A DNA stretch of 64,000 bases from assembly GCF_037042905.1 (NCBI RefSeq), contig NC_087252.1:15688001-15752000 (forward strand), given 5' to 3'. The notes under the pieces were generated by a model. It worked only from the letters and a program-made list of their open reading frames with translations. It was not told the origin of the DNA and made no database searches. Source of the DNA: Lytechinus pictus. Its lineage: Eukaryota. A program made the position numbers and the translations under genes. This document shows, one piece after another, positions 11,855 through 25,488 of this stretch. Positions within the stretch are counted from its first letter, which is position 1; the number at the start of each line of letters is the position of its first letter.

Positions 11855-12836
11855 GTCACATGCCACCCAAAAGCCAACAATAAGTAGCCCAAAATGATTT
11901 TTGAGATTTGTTTATTGATCTTGAGAAAGCACATCCTTTATGATAAAGCTCGTTAAAATTGACCATCAATAACTCTCACAAGTAATTGATTGAAAGAAGA
12001 AGAAATTCAGGGAGAGCTTCAAGGAATAATGAGTACACAATGTTTGAAGTTTGGGGTTCACTCAAGCGTGCACACTGTACAATCTCAGAGGCTGTTCACA
12101 CCGCAAGGGGGGACCGTGGGCGGACCGTGGATCGCGCTATCGTAGCGCGATCCACGGTCCGCCCATTGGCATTCGCCGGATTCACACCGCAGTGAGATAG
12201 AGCGGTCTATCGTAGCACCCCCTTTTTTGAGAGGTCCTGTTGCCATGACGCATTACTTACTATATTTCTATTTTCACGATGTTCCGACGCGTTTTACTCC
12301 ATAAAATTAGGAGTGTTGAGTTGTACCGATTCAGATTCAGATCGCACCAAAATAGAATGAGTATAAAATTCCCCGCGTGTAGATGACTTCCGGCGTGCTA
12401 TCGTAGCTCGGGTTCACACCGGCAGAGATAGCGCGATCTAGCGCGCGCTAGACCGCGCTATCTCTCGTGGACCACCCCCAAGAGGTGCTCCAGTGGCACG
12501 CCGTTTTGGCTCGCTGTGGCTCGCTGTTGGGCGGACCGAAACGACGTTGTACCTTCCACACCGCAGAGATAGCGCGATCTAGCGCGCGCTAGATCGCGCT
12601 ATCTCTGCCGGTCTGAACAGGCTCTCAGAAACTTCCAACAGTCCAGAAAAATTTAGAAGGTTTGAAGAAGCGTGCACACTGTACAATCTCAGAAACTTCC
12701 AACAGTCCAGAAAATTTTAGAAGGTTTGAAGAAGAACCCTTTTCAGATAAGTTCATTTGTTTTAATTATTACTGTTTAAGCTATTTACAAAGTACCTTTT
12801 TTGGCAACTTATTGTTAGTATGGGCTGGCAGGTCCC
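11855..12836. mobile_element. ATAT-flanked GTGAC-ended non-autonomous TIR element (host of a nested MITE)
   Basis: ATAT|gtcacatgccaccc ... gggctggcaggtccc|ATAT. Its interior matches the reverse complement of 55021-55500. Confidence 0.65.
12088..12624. mobile_element. GC-rich Harbinger-like MITE
   Basis: TCA|GAGGCTGTTCACACC ... GGTCTGAACAGGCTC|TCA. The empty site is visible in the adjacent duplicate (about 12669-12734). Contains long internal palindromes. Confidence 0.88.
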
Positions 12837-13162
12837 ATATTTTTCATGCACCTTGTGCCTGAAGTCAAGAAGCCTAACTTGTACCCCCCCCTCTGATTCA
12901 TTCTGTATTTTGTTTACTGCCTTTTTTTTTCTGGTAAAAACGTTTTTATTCTCTCCCCTCTACTGACTTTTCCCCACTCGTATTTTCATCAAATTTTCAT
13001 CATTTCTATGAATAAGTGGCCTCCCCTTTAATTGACCAATCAATAATTTCCAATTTCAAGCTCACCTCACTGCTTCTCTTTGCCTTTTTTACACTCTTCC
13101 TCCCTTGCGATAACTGTTTGTGAAGAGATTTCACCTTGTTTATCCCCTCACGAACATGCGCG

Positions 13163-13572
13163 AGGCGTATTCAGACCGACTCGATCACCAGAATAACCGT
13201 GAGTTTAGGAGAACTTGTCCAGGGCTCAAAATAATTTTTCATTTTGATCCAAAGTAGACCCTCTTAGGGTAGGTTCTTGAAGTTTTGAGCATGCACAGTG
13301 TGATCTAACAAGCAAATGATGCACAGGATTCAAATTCACTTGCTCAGCAGCCCAAGTATGCCCATGCCCAACCTCTCGCTCGGTTGAGATCATCCTCACA
13401 ATTTTGACAAGTACATGTTATTTAGTGGGTATGATCTTTCTGTAGTATTAACAGCATCTTGCTTTCACACTGGCAGAAATACCTGGTAATTTTGGATTGA
13501 CACAGATCAGGGTTAATTCCCGATCAGAGAATACCTGGGATTCTCAAATTTCAAGTTGGTCTGAATACGCCT
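13163..13572. mobile_element. TIR element (AGGCGTATTCAGACC termini), same family as 25990-26464
   Basis: Perfect 15-bp TIR. Interior cccgatcagagaatacctgg is the reverse complement of sequence at about 26024-26043. Confidence 0.8.
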
Positions 13573-14300
13573 ACCATTGAACATGAAAGGCCATTTTGGC
13601 CTTGACAACCTGCATTTCCACTCTCTCCTAAATGTTGTGGAACTAAAACTATTGACATTGGCTTACATTCGACATGGAACTCCTGCAGAAAAGAAAATCC
13701 ATAGTTAGAGGCTCATAGCTGCCAATAAATTCATCTTGAGTTTCTTTGATTTTTTTTTCTCTCTTTTTTTTTCTTCAAATGAGGCACTTGAAATATTTTT
13801 TAACCTAAGAGTTCATTACGCAGTCAAATCTGTCAAAGGTTGTCTTGGCTTTGTAAGGAAAGTTGTGAAAACTTGTGTACATGGTAAAAAGAACAGCTCA
13901 TAGTGTTTCAAGGCTGCTTAAAGCGCTGGTTAAGGGTCAGTAATATGAATTATACTATCATCAACCATTCCAATATTACAAAAAAAAATTGAGGTTATTG
14001 AATGTTTTAAAGCCATTTGAATTCAAATTTAGCACCTAGCACCCCCTCTCAGTTAATAATGTTTTTTTTTCAAGTTTATTTGAGCACTTACTTTACAAAT
14101 TTCATAATTGGATAATAGAAAGCTATATTACAGATTATATCCTTTCATTTTCAGCCCATTTTATGCTTCAGAAGAGGGTTTATATTGTTAAAAAAGACAA
14201 TACATGTATGTACACAGATATCTTACATATTTCTATTTGGTATCTAAGGCACTCACGTTGATATTATATATTAATGAATTGGAATATTGACTGACACATT

Positions 14301-14703
14301 GGTAAATTGCCAATTCGTCCACTTACCGCACGGTCTACTTAAATTTAGTCTAATGCTATTCCGTCCATCAACATTTCGTCTAACAACTACTTGGTCTAAT
14401 AATAATTTCTTCCAATCATCATTTTGTCTAATCACCATTTTGTCTATGACCATTTCGTCTCATAACCAGTTGGTCTAATACCCATTTCATTTTCATTCAT
14501 TTTGCACAATCAACACTTAGTCCAATTAGACCAAATGGTGTATGGACTAAATGGCTATTGGACCATCTGGTTATTAGACAAAATGGTGAGTGGATGGATT
14601 GACAATTAGACCATGTGGATAGTGGACGAACTGATTGTAGACTAAATGATAGTCGACGAGTTGGCAATTGGACGAATTGGCATTAGACGAATTGGAAATA
14701 AAC
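14301..14703. mobile_element. Foldback-type repeat built from ttcgtcta/tagacgaa subrepeats
   Basis: Termini ccaattcgtc / gacgaattgg. The left half has tandem gtcta motifs and the right half their complements. Confidence 0.7.
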
Positions 14704-16894
14704 ACTTTTTTTTTGGGGGGGGGGATTAATCAAAACTTAAGATAAGCTTTAATGGAAGGTGAATGAAAGGTATCACTCCTAATTATATGTTTATTCACCC
14801 ATTTAGACCCTCACCACATCTCACTGTCCCCCTCCTAATCCCCTCCCAACATCCACTATCATACTATCCCTCCCATTTAACAAAATTATGATTTTTTAAT
14901 ATTTCCATTCCCCATTTTTGCGCACCGAATGCCTCGCTCCCGCTTACCTAACGATGATTAGAAATTGACTGTATCTGGGCCGCCGTGAACACATTTCGAG
15001 TCTGATAGCTTCATTCATGCGCACCTCTTTTTAACACTTATATTTACTCGGACGAGATACGCAAAAAGAGCCAGATTATTTCCGCCCTTGTGGTTCGTTT
15101 GAAGTGTTGCCGCAATCGCCTGCGAGCAACGGGGGCTGTGCAGTCAATAAAATGTGTTGTAACTACGGGCTGTGTTCTATCTGTCGGGGAGAGGGTACAG
15201 AGACTAATTTTGAGAAAAACATTTGTGACGTGGGAGCTCTGTGTCTTCATTTTAGTTTCCTGTAGCCAGTATTTATGAATACCGAGTACGATACAATGTG
15301 GCTTGTAAATGACCATCACCATTCTACTATCATCTAGTTTGATCTCTAAGATAGGAAATAAAAAAGTAATTAATCTATTTATTTTATTAATTTATTTATT
15401 ATTCTTTCATTTATCTATTAATTAATTAATTTATTTATTTATTTAGTTGTTTATTTATTTATTAATTCACTCATTCTTTCATAGCTGCCAAGTAGTACTG
15501 GTTTTCAGTAATTATCACTGAAAATTGAGAAAGAATACTGGTGGTTTGATGCAAATTACTGATTTCTGAATTTTCCATTTATGTGCAGTCCTATTGTATT
15601 TCTGTGAATATCCTGATTTTCTTACCAAAATACTGATTTTCAGCCTTTAAGATATTAAAATGTTCTTGATCAGGTTCTTGATTCATATATCTATATTAAA
15701 GCATTTCAATTGGGAAAAAAAAACATATGTCATGTGCATGATATCTGCAGAGTTCGAACTGTGGTGTGGCGATTGGTGTACTGAGAAGACGACACAAGTC
15801 ATTTTATTACGTTGTCAATTTATTTAGTGTTAGTTAAGCACCTAAGGGTGTTTCTTTTAATACACTAGTTGTTTTGATTGTATACAATTCTCTAAATAGT
15901 AATATAGTGTGTTCTAGTGTGTTCAGATCTTCATTAGATCTTAACATATTGGTTGTTTCCAGGGATGTTGAATAGTCTCTATGTGTATGCCAAACATACC
16001 CCCTCCCCCTCCCCTTCTCTCCCGAACTCCCACTACCTCCCTCTCTTTCTCTCTCTTCATCTCTATCACTCTCTTTAAGTCTATTAATCTGTTTGTTTCA
16101 ATCTGTACCCGATTCTCCATCCTTGCAAAAGGTAACCAAAGCTCATTCTCTGGTGGCCACAATCCTCCCAGTTTCTTTCCTTTTATTCTAAACTAGCCTA
16201 TAGCCTTACATGCCTCCAAGTCCTTACCCTACATGTAAAAGAGAGCAATCGAAGCAGAGAGAGAGAGATGGAGAGGCAAAGATATTAAAACACAATCATA
16301 TCGTCATATCAAACAAATAAGCCCTCATGCAGAAAGATATTCCACTGAAATTACTCCCCGCGATGAATGAGCAGGTTTTTTGATGGAAAACGAAGGTTTT
16401 GATAAAAAATATGATGCCTTGATAACTATGTGTGCATCAATGCCCAATATCATAACCTTGCGTTGTAACTTAATGGGAAAGCACGTATTTTATTCTCAAG
16501 CCTTATTGGTTAGAGCCTTCAAGGTTCTATCACCATGGCAACCATTGTTAATTTGATATCTGATTGTAAGTTACATCAACCATTACCCCCGTCTATCTTT
16601 TGACTTTTGGTCTTCTGTCATGGTAACCAAGCAACTCGCTGAAAAAAAGCGAAAAGACCAAAAAGAGTGACAAAATTTACCAAGTGAATTTCTTTCTCTT
16701 AAATGCTAAGTCACCAAGATCTAAATTGGTATAAATGGTGTAATCTTTTACCAGGTAAGTGAGATATTCTAGGTATTGTGTAAAAATTTTGTAAATTTAG
16801 GAGAAAGGGGTCGTTTATTGGTGGATAGACCTGAATGTTTAAGGAAATGATTGTTTTTACCCATCTTTGCCTAGGTCTCCCCGTCTGTTTGTTT

Positions 16895-17115
16895 CTGTGT
16901 CTCTTTATCCCTTTCCATCTCTCTTTCTTTTCTTACTCTCTCCCTCTCTCTCTCTCTCCCCCATCTTTCTCCCAATTTCCTTCTTTCATTGCTCATTGTC
17001 TGTTTCTATTGTTATCTCTTCATCTTTATATCTTTCTTTTTCTCTCTCTCTCTCTCTGTCCCTCTGTATCTGTCTCTCCCTCCCTCTATCTATTACCCTC
17101 TCCCTCCCTGAAACT
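16895..17115. repeat. CT-rich low-complexity tract
   Basis: (CT)n-dominated pyrimidine tract. Confidence 0.85.
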
Positions 17116-17939
17116 CCACTGAGTTTTGTTTCATCTATCCTCTACTTTCCTATGCTGTTTACGACCTTCACTCTCTCATCCATCCATGGGGGTCGAGTAG
17201 TGATTGCACAATCCAATATATTACTATTGATTGAGTCTTATCATAAATTCATGAGCTGCCTACAGACAGAATTCATGATTTCATTTTTATCATCTTCCTA
17301 TCACAGTCGCTCTCTCTCTCTCGCTGTCTCTCTTTCTCTTTGTCTCTTTCCCCATTTCTATTTGTTCATTTATTAACCTGTTTTGTTTCCTTATGATTTT
17401 TTAAAAATTATTTGATTGATTATGATCCATTCTATTGCCTTTATTCCTTTCATTTTTTTACATCATATAGGCTTACACCGATAAAAATGAATGTCAAAGC
17501 TAAAAAAAAACCTGTCCCTTGTAAATTATGAAAGAGTCAGATATTTTACAATTTTGGTTCAATATGGTAGTAAAATGGAATGAACAGGAGAATAGAAAAT
17601 AGCTACAATAACTTTTCCAAAATTGTAATATCTACTGATTCTGACCCCCCCCCCACCCCCCGCTCTCTCTCTCTCTCTCAATTTATTTCACTAATCTCAA
17701 TTCTTATGCCATTGACCCGTGCAAGATGTATCTTGTAATCAGAACAATATTTGGTGGGGTAAGAATTGCAAATTTCTGCCCAGGAAAATGAAATCACCCC
17801 GCAGCATTGTCAAAGTCAATACACGACCAATAAGGGGTGTCTCAATGCAAACCCTTGGAGCGACACACAGAAAGAGTTCTGCTTGATCATTTTCTGGTTT
17901 TGCAGCCTGAAAGACAATTGGCCTCAAGTTGTATTATTA

Positions 17940-18287
17940 CATGATGATGATGATGACGGTGATGATGATGATGATGATGGTAATGGTGGAGGTGATGAAT
18001 GTTAATGCTGGTGGTGGTGATGATGATGATGAGGATAGTGATGGTAATGGTGACGGTGACAGTATTGGTGATAATGAAGATGGTGATAGTCTCAATGGTG
18101 ATTGTGATGATGCTGATGATGGTGATGATGGCGATTGTGATGATGGCGATTGTGATGATGGCGATTGTGATGATGTTGATGATGATGGTGATGATGGCGA
18201 TGTTGGTGATAACGATGGTGATGATAGCGATGATGATGATGTTGATGATGATGGCGAATGATGATTTTGATGATGTTGATGATGGTG

Positions 18288-18319
<32 letters not shown>

Positions 18320-18405
18320 GATGGTGATGGGGGTGGTGATGATGGATGATGGCGATGGTGATGGTTAATTTATTCTGTTGATAATGATGGTGGTGATGAT
18401 TGTGA
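17940..18405. repeat. Degenerate (GAT/GGT)n trinucleotide microsatellite
   Basis: About 460 bp of gat/ggt/gac triplets; explains the Asp-, Met- and His/Ser-rich ORFs here. Confidence 0.95.
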
Positions 18406-19425
18406 TAAAGATACTGCATCTACATCTAAAACTTTTCTCAAGGATACAATGCACTGATGAGGCATAAAGCGAGTTAACATAGTCGCCCTGACATGAGAGA
18501 AAGTAATGAAGTCCAATATGGTTTGTAGAAAAGGCTAAAAGCAATACCGTCACTTTATTGAGTTACTAATTGTGATGCAACATGACGCGAGAGGCTCTTC
18601 ACAGGTAAATACTTCCTACGAGGTCTGACGACACTTTCAGCGTTCATGATAGAGTATAGTACCTTTCTGGTTCTAAAATCTTTTTGATTATAAACCTGTA
18701 GACCTTCAAGATCACATCTACATGGGTTATAAGCTGTAAATTAGTCTTAATTTAATCCCCATCAATGAAGGAGCTTTGAAATACTTCCGAGGAAGCTAAG
18801 AGCCTTTTAGTCCATCCTTAATAACACCTCTCTGCTTCCTTTAATTCACAGTGAATCATTCGTTTTCACTTTCCCCTCTGAAGTAGGTGGAATTATCTGA
18901 TGCAATTTTAATTAGAATCTGGCTCTTTACCCCCGTGCCATTATCACCGAGGCATCAGCAACAGCAGTTTGCCCAGGCCTCTTCTCCCGACAATAATCTT
19001 TCTCGAGTTCTTGGGAACGTTAATTAGCCAGCCGGCTTCATTAAGCAATGGTCTTAAATTGTTGACTTCGCATTAATTCAATGGGTTCTGTCTCACATCA
19101 GTAAGTGGAAGTCTAATAATGTATCGTTGAAGACAAAAGAGTGTACTCTTCTAATTGTAAAAGAGCTAATCTGGTACATATCACTCTCTCCTCAGAGTGA
19201 AACGATCTCACTCCGTTAGGAGTGAAATTTGCGTCTTTCCAGAGTTAGCATAGAAGAGGAAAAAGGGGGCTTACATCTTGGCCTGATTTTGAAGAGGGAA
19301 TATTTCAAGTCGAGATGGCACGAGGGAGGAAGTTAGTAACGGAGTCAAGTGGTAAAAAAAAAGAACAGAAAATGGGTTGAAAGAGATATTGAGGAGGGTT
19401 TTGTTACAGAATAGGTATTATTGAG

Positions 19426-19610
19426 CAGTGGTAGCACCAGGAGTTAAAAAGTTGAAGAAGGGGGGGGGGGGGCAAGTGGAGGGCAAACCAATGTTAAGGG
19501 TGAGGGCAGATTACCCTACAATTATCATCCTTGTTTTTGGATTTATTTCCTTTTTTTTGGGGGGCGGGGGGGCTATTACCTCTGTGCTCCCCCCCTTGGG
19601 GCCACCACTG
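19426..19610. mobile_element. hAT-like MITE
   Basis: CAGTGGT ... CCACTG termini with an imperfect 8-bp TSD ttattgag / ctatttag; poly-G interior. Confidence 0.6.
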
Positions 19611-20881
19611 CTATTTAGGTATTGATAGGGTAGTCTATATGAAAGGGAGATTAGGTGTATATTAGAACTCCAGGAGACGGGGGGGGGGGGGGGGGGGTTT
19701 GAATGTACCATGGAGAAGAACCCCATTTTCATATTCAAATTCCTGTTACAGAGCATAATGAAGCATTGCCTTGCTTTGAATAGGTCCTTTGATACTGATG
19801 ATCAATTCATATAGGAAAAAAGGGTGGTTGAAAAATATATAGAGAGAATATATATGCCCCTGTAGGTAATATAAAGTTCAAGATTTGAAGTGAAATAGTG
19901 ATTTTTAAATGAAACAGACTGGATAGGGTGAACAGTATTTATTTGAGAGAAAGAAAGATAAACATGTTAAATGCCGATTGCAGAAAGTTTTGTAGGAAAG
20001 GACCATAGATGTAGAGGTAATATAATGATATGTAATTCCATGCTGCATATACGTGCAGATTCACAAATACCAATATGCCAAAGGGTATAATTTCTATTTT
20101 AGTCAATTGGAAATATAAATGTTTTATTAAACCGTCCATCTCAGTAAAACTACAAAATAATATGGAGTTTCATGCTGGATATAGATATATTTACAATGTA
20201 TTAAAGGGAATAGTTTCTATGGATATTAATTAGAAGTATGAGAATTTGTATGAAAACATTCCAGTAAAACTACATGTATAGCAAAATAGAGAGAGAGATA
20301 AAATGGAGTCAAGTGAAATGGATATATTTGAGGTGACACTTCGTCAATTCCGTGTCACATCAATAGTTCATTATGGTAGCCCCAAAAATCAGTTATGCCA
20401 ACGAGATATCAATTTCAAAATCTAATTTCTCACTTTGCGAGTCATCTATCGATCGTTGAGGAGGGGAATGTGTTGAGGTGAATAAACCAGGAATGAGGTC
20501 TTACTCGATCCGTCAAAGAACCGTTAAGTATGGGTAATTCGCGTAATCCGATAAAGAGGCATGAATATATTGATGCGCTTCCAATGTAATTATGGCAGCA
20601 TTTACGCACTGGATGGAGGGAGAACCAGATTGTAGGCTAAGCGTGAATGGCGAGGAGAGCCGAGCCGGATCAATAGTGGAGCCTCGGAATAATGGTCCGA
20701 GGTGTAATTTGCAGGGATTGCGTTACCGGTCGATCAATAATCTCTGTTGCGCCCTCAATGGCGGGCCTGGATGAGTGCATTTAGATTGATATGTATGTAG
20801 GATCTCGGCAAAGTTATTTGTTGATTTGGTGTGTAGTATTGGAGGATTTCGAGATGAGGGTTTGATAATGGTAAGTGTTCT

Positions 20882-21332
20882 TTAAGGGAGAGTTCACCCA
20901 GATGCAAAGCTTCTGTTGATGAATGCAAAAAAAATGTAAGAAACATAGGTGAAGGGTTGGTGAAAATCAGTCAAAATATTAGGGTCATGTATTTTTAATT
21001 TGTGACTTTGCATGTGATGTACTACCCCACATATCATGCAATATTGATTCCATAAAAAGAATATCTTAAAGAAAATTTTGATAGTTTTACCTGTACTTTC
21101 AATGTATTATCAGATACATCATTTCATTCCTGCTTCTATGAGAGAAATATTAGCAGATTATATCGATAGATGGGTTATTAGATGGCAAGCTTCTCGCATA
21201 TAGATACATGTAGCAGAAATTAAAATCCTTAAAATTCCATAACTTTCCTTTTGATGAATTTTTGTCAAACTTTCATCTGATTACTTTTTTGAATGCTTGC
21301 TTATTCAATGTCATGGTGAATTTCCCCTTATA
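20882..21332. mobile_element. Decayed Kolobok-like element
   Basis: ttaagggagagttcacc ... ggtgaatttccccttat termini; ataacttt/tttgatgaa motifs as in 1562-2165. Confidence 0.5.
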
Positions 21333-23572
21333 ATTACCCCATCTTCTCCATTTTCACCGTCGTCTTCGTTACCTTGATGTCTTTTACGTTACATTTATAT
21401 CTGCACTAATGCATCTAGGCCTACATTATGTCTTCTTGATTATTAGAGGGGCAGATAATTTAGTCAACATTTTCATGTAATTACATCTCTATTTTTAGTA
21501 ACATCCTCACTTTATACTACAGCTGTATGTGCAGTACATTATGCATCAGATTCATTTTACACATTAATATTGATAAATTCGTAATGGTTTATTGAGGATC
21601 TAAAGTGCGCTAAGTTCACAATCTATAAAACAATTACCTTGGATGTGATTGGACTGGATTTAGGTAATAAGCAGGCAAGCTGTCTGGTTATTCCAACGTG
21701 CCCTGACGAATAATATGCAAACACCATTAGTCTACGTGTTCAATCCATCTAATTGATTACGATTTGAGTTGATGGAATTGTGGCAGACACAAAGGTGTTA
21801 TAAATTCTTTATTTAAAGTTCAATTCAATTTAATGTCACTTATCTCGGAGAGTATATATGTTAAGTTAAAATGCTTCCCGGAAAAAGTTTAGAGACACCA
21901 TTTACCCCGTTTGTGAATTCATGGATGCAAATTGGATGTTGCCTATTTCAGTTCACAAAAGGTTGAGGCCGAGAATAAGACACATTATTTGACTCCTTTT
22001 GGGAATCGAGCTGTGCTCAATCGGCATCCAGTCCCAGTTTTAAATTCATCATCAGGATTCTCAAATAATGCAGTAATTCTCAGATAATAATAATCTATTC
22101 CATTTTTATATCTCCTGATAGGTTGTTAGTTTGTATGATAAGAATAGCTCTATTTCTAATAACTCATCTACACATCTAGACATCTGGCGAAAGACATTCT
22201 AGGATTTCTGAATTGGAAGGTAGCGCGGTCAATAGTCCCCATTGCTTGTCTCAAATTAGACCCAACCGTGTGTGTTCCGTTTCACGGCGATCTTGTAATT
22301 GATTCCTAACGCTTTACATTGCGGCCGAAGAAACCCAACAACCCGTACCAGACAGGCAATCGGAACAAACCCGGATGAGAGGAGCTTGGAAAATAAAAGG
22401 AGTAATAGAGGAGGCTGGGTGGAACGGCGGAGTGATATCCCACAATGCCCTTCGGCGGACCGGGATAACGTAGCGGTAATGACCGTGGGGTGGGATATCA
22501 CATAGTAGGTTTCATTACGATATCGGCTTACGAGAATGCCCGAGACACAACTCTCATCAAGATATCGTTATCGACCCCTGCTAATATTTTATACCGTTGG
22601 CTTGCATGGGATGTGAGGTGATGACAGGGTGGGAGGGCTTGACTGTGTTGCTCTGCCATCCTCCTCCTCTTACTCTTCTTCTGTCCAATCTCTATCTATC
22701 TATCTATCTATCTCTCGGTATAGGCCTATCCATATCTTGATTGTATATCAATCTTATCAAGGCCCACATGTACATGTATCGATCCAGCTATCTCTCTAAC
22801 TGTTTGTTTATCTATCTACATGTCTACCTACCTAGCTATCTATCCAACGATTCATCAATCCATCCATTCTTTCATTCTTCTATCCAGCCATCAATCAATC
22901 TGGCTATTGGTCTATCTGTCTATTTATCTTTCTTTCTGTCTATCTATTGATATTTTTTCTTTTTATCTTGCCATCTATTTAAAAAAAAACATGCAAAATT
23001 TAAAGTCTCAGGGTTTTAGACAATGCACCAACTAAATGATCCTGTTTCCATTTTTTACAAGGAGATACTTGTAAGGCTACAAATAAAAAACAAATCAAAA
23101 CCCCTTCTCTTTAAGGTACATTAATTAAATCCAGCATGAAAAATGCATTTTATGTAGTTATGTCTGCAGACTTGTGCAACTGCAAGCATAGGCGGGCTGC
23201 CTAGAAAAACCAATGTGCTTTAATATGAACAGGTTTAGATACTAGGTCATGAAGGGTATTCGGCTTGGGTTTCTCCTCTCACATGTGAAAGGAATGCAAA
23301 ACTAGAATATAATACCGTTGAGCGTTGAGAGATAGCTCATGCAACTAAAATGTTACAGAGGTAGCTGAAAAATAAAGCGTTGTATAGGCGGACATTGTTC
23401 AGACCAAGGAGTGCTGGTAACTCCTTGTTCAGACTGTCTGGCCTGACAGTACCCAGATATTCAGGCAAGAAAATGTTTACTGCTACATGTAGGTTATTTA
23501 CAGAGGAAGTAGTTATTGTGACATATCTTGTTTATATATTGTGAGATATTTACTTGATCATAGTGATTGTGC

Positions 23573-23840
23573 ATAGGCATAGATCTAATGATATAATGGA
23601 CCGGGGAGTTATCAAATAATGCTCAAAAATATTTTTTTTATACAAATTCCTACACCAGTACCTTTTTTTAAGACAGCATGTATTTCTTGTTCATATGCTG
23701 TAATATATTGACTTTATCATAGTAATTTTATATAGGCCTAGATCAAATAACGTAATGAACCTGGAAGTCATCAAATAATGAACCAACGAAAATCTTTACA
23801 AATTCCTGTAACATGACCATTTAAAAGACAGTATATTGAG
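23573..23840. repeat. Diverged local duplication (about 160-bp period)
   Basis: ataggc.tagatc...tcaaataatg...tacaaattcct...aagacag occurs at about 23573 and 23733. Confidence 0.7.
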
Positions 23841-25488
23841 TGAAAATGGGTTGATGAGAATTTGACCTATTCCACATTCCTTACATGAAATACAAGTCTT
23901 GAAATATTTTCATTTTTCATTTCGGTGTCTTTTTTGGATGATATGAAGGTTGAGGATAGGCCCTAATCCCGGAGACAGGTTCATATTGATTGGTATTGAC
24001 GGTGCATGGTACTGGGGAGACCTTGATTTGACTAAATCCACATAAATGGCTTTAACAGGGAATCCCACTGATCTTATCATTCTCACTATCTGTGATGGAG
24101 GGATACACTTTGAAAAAAAAGAAACGTGAAGGGAGAAAGGGACGAGGTTCGACAGCATCTTCCACCGTTTTGTAAAAAACCAACACTGGGTTCGATTTAC
24201 CAACTCCTTTCACCGTATCCACCATTTAAATATTTTAGAGTGTACATGTAGATGTTTTATCACGTATAAGCCCCCCCGAACTGCCTTTCCAATGTGCTTA
24301 CTTGTCCAACATTTCATGTTTTGAGTTTTTAAAGTTGTTTATTTTTATGTTTACGACCCACAAAACAAAAATTATTGAATGCAACAACCATAATTCTGGG
24401 GCAAAGAAAAATGAAAGTTTGACTCAGCGATTTATGGGATTGAGAGCAGTTTTAAATTCATGTGATTGGACAGCTCCATTCTTGGTGACAGCACTTGATT
24501 ATTATCAAACTCCAAAGTTCAAAATGAGTCTCGCACAAACATCCTGGAGTACACCACAAGGTATATCGCTAAATTTGATACAGCCATAGGCCTTAAAAAT
24601 AGGCCCATGATGCACCATTACCATCACACCTCGGCAAACCGAGAATTTCATTTTGCTCATCACAAGCGCTGAAGACGATTCCGTGACACTGACGCGAAGC
24701 CAACGTCTCTGCTGAATAGCTTTTTTTCGGTTAGAGCATGGATGTTGAATGCATTTACAAGGAATCATACACATGTCGACATAGCACTGCTGCCTCACTT
24801 ATCACTTGCTCTTTTTATTTATAATGGTAGTACCACGATTCCAATCCGGAATGGATTCCTCGTATAGCATTGCTTCCCACAAGCCGATGAGATAGTCACG
24901 CTGAAAAGTTCATTGGAGAGTCAGGGTTGGACCCATTAGTCGTGACACCAATCACCATTATATTAAATGTGTTACCAAAGGCTAGTAAAGAAGTCTAGTT
25001 CTTTACTAACTTTTCATGGAATTTCCTGTAATTTTCCTATTATAATTTCATTTGATTTCTTCCTATGATTGAATTAAAAAAAAAGACAGGACATCATCAG
25101 CCTTCCTTTTGCATAGTCATGACAACATACACAAAAAATTAAATATTTCTGAACTTAAAATTTCAATAGCTTCTTTATTTTTATATTAGGGTTTGATGAA
25201 ATTTTTAGTGCTCTGCTCGTTGAATTTGACACTATATATTTATAAATCATTATTTTTCAGGCTTGTGTAGGCCTGCTCCTTTATTGTGCGCTACACAGAA
25301 GCATTCCTTTAGGCCTGTGTTTTGATCAATACTATTACCACACCCAGTAGCATCATGAGCCAAAAATATAGGAGGGGGGCAGGTATGGCAGGTGGAGCCA
25401 AAATTGACCTTTCTAAATCAAAAATCTCATTTTGGATAGATTATGATATAACATTTAGAAAATGTATAGGCCTACATGTTATACCTCA

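Noticed and set aside
17929..18419. Asp-rich, Met-rich and His/Ser-rich ORFs
   Set aside because: Translations of a (GAT)n microsatellite; no splice signals or domain.
19790..20260. Possible minus-strand LINE RT remnant (also about 38990-39250)
   Set aside because: Only faint motif resemblance by eye; needs a translated HMM search.
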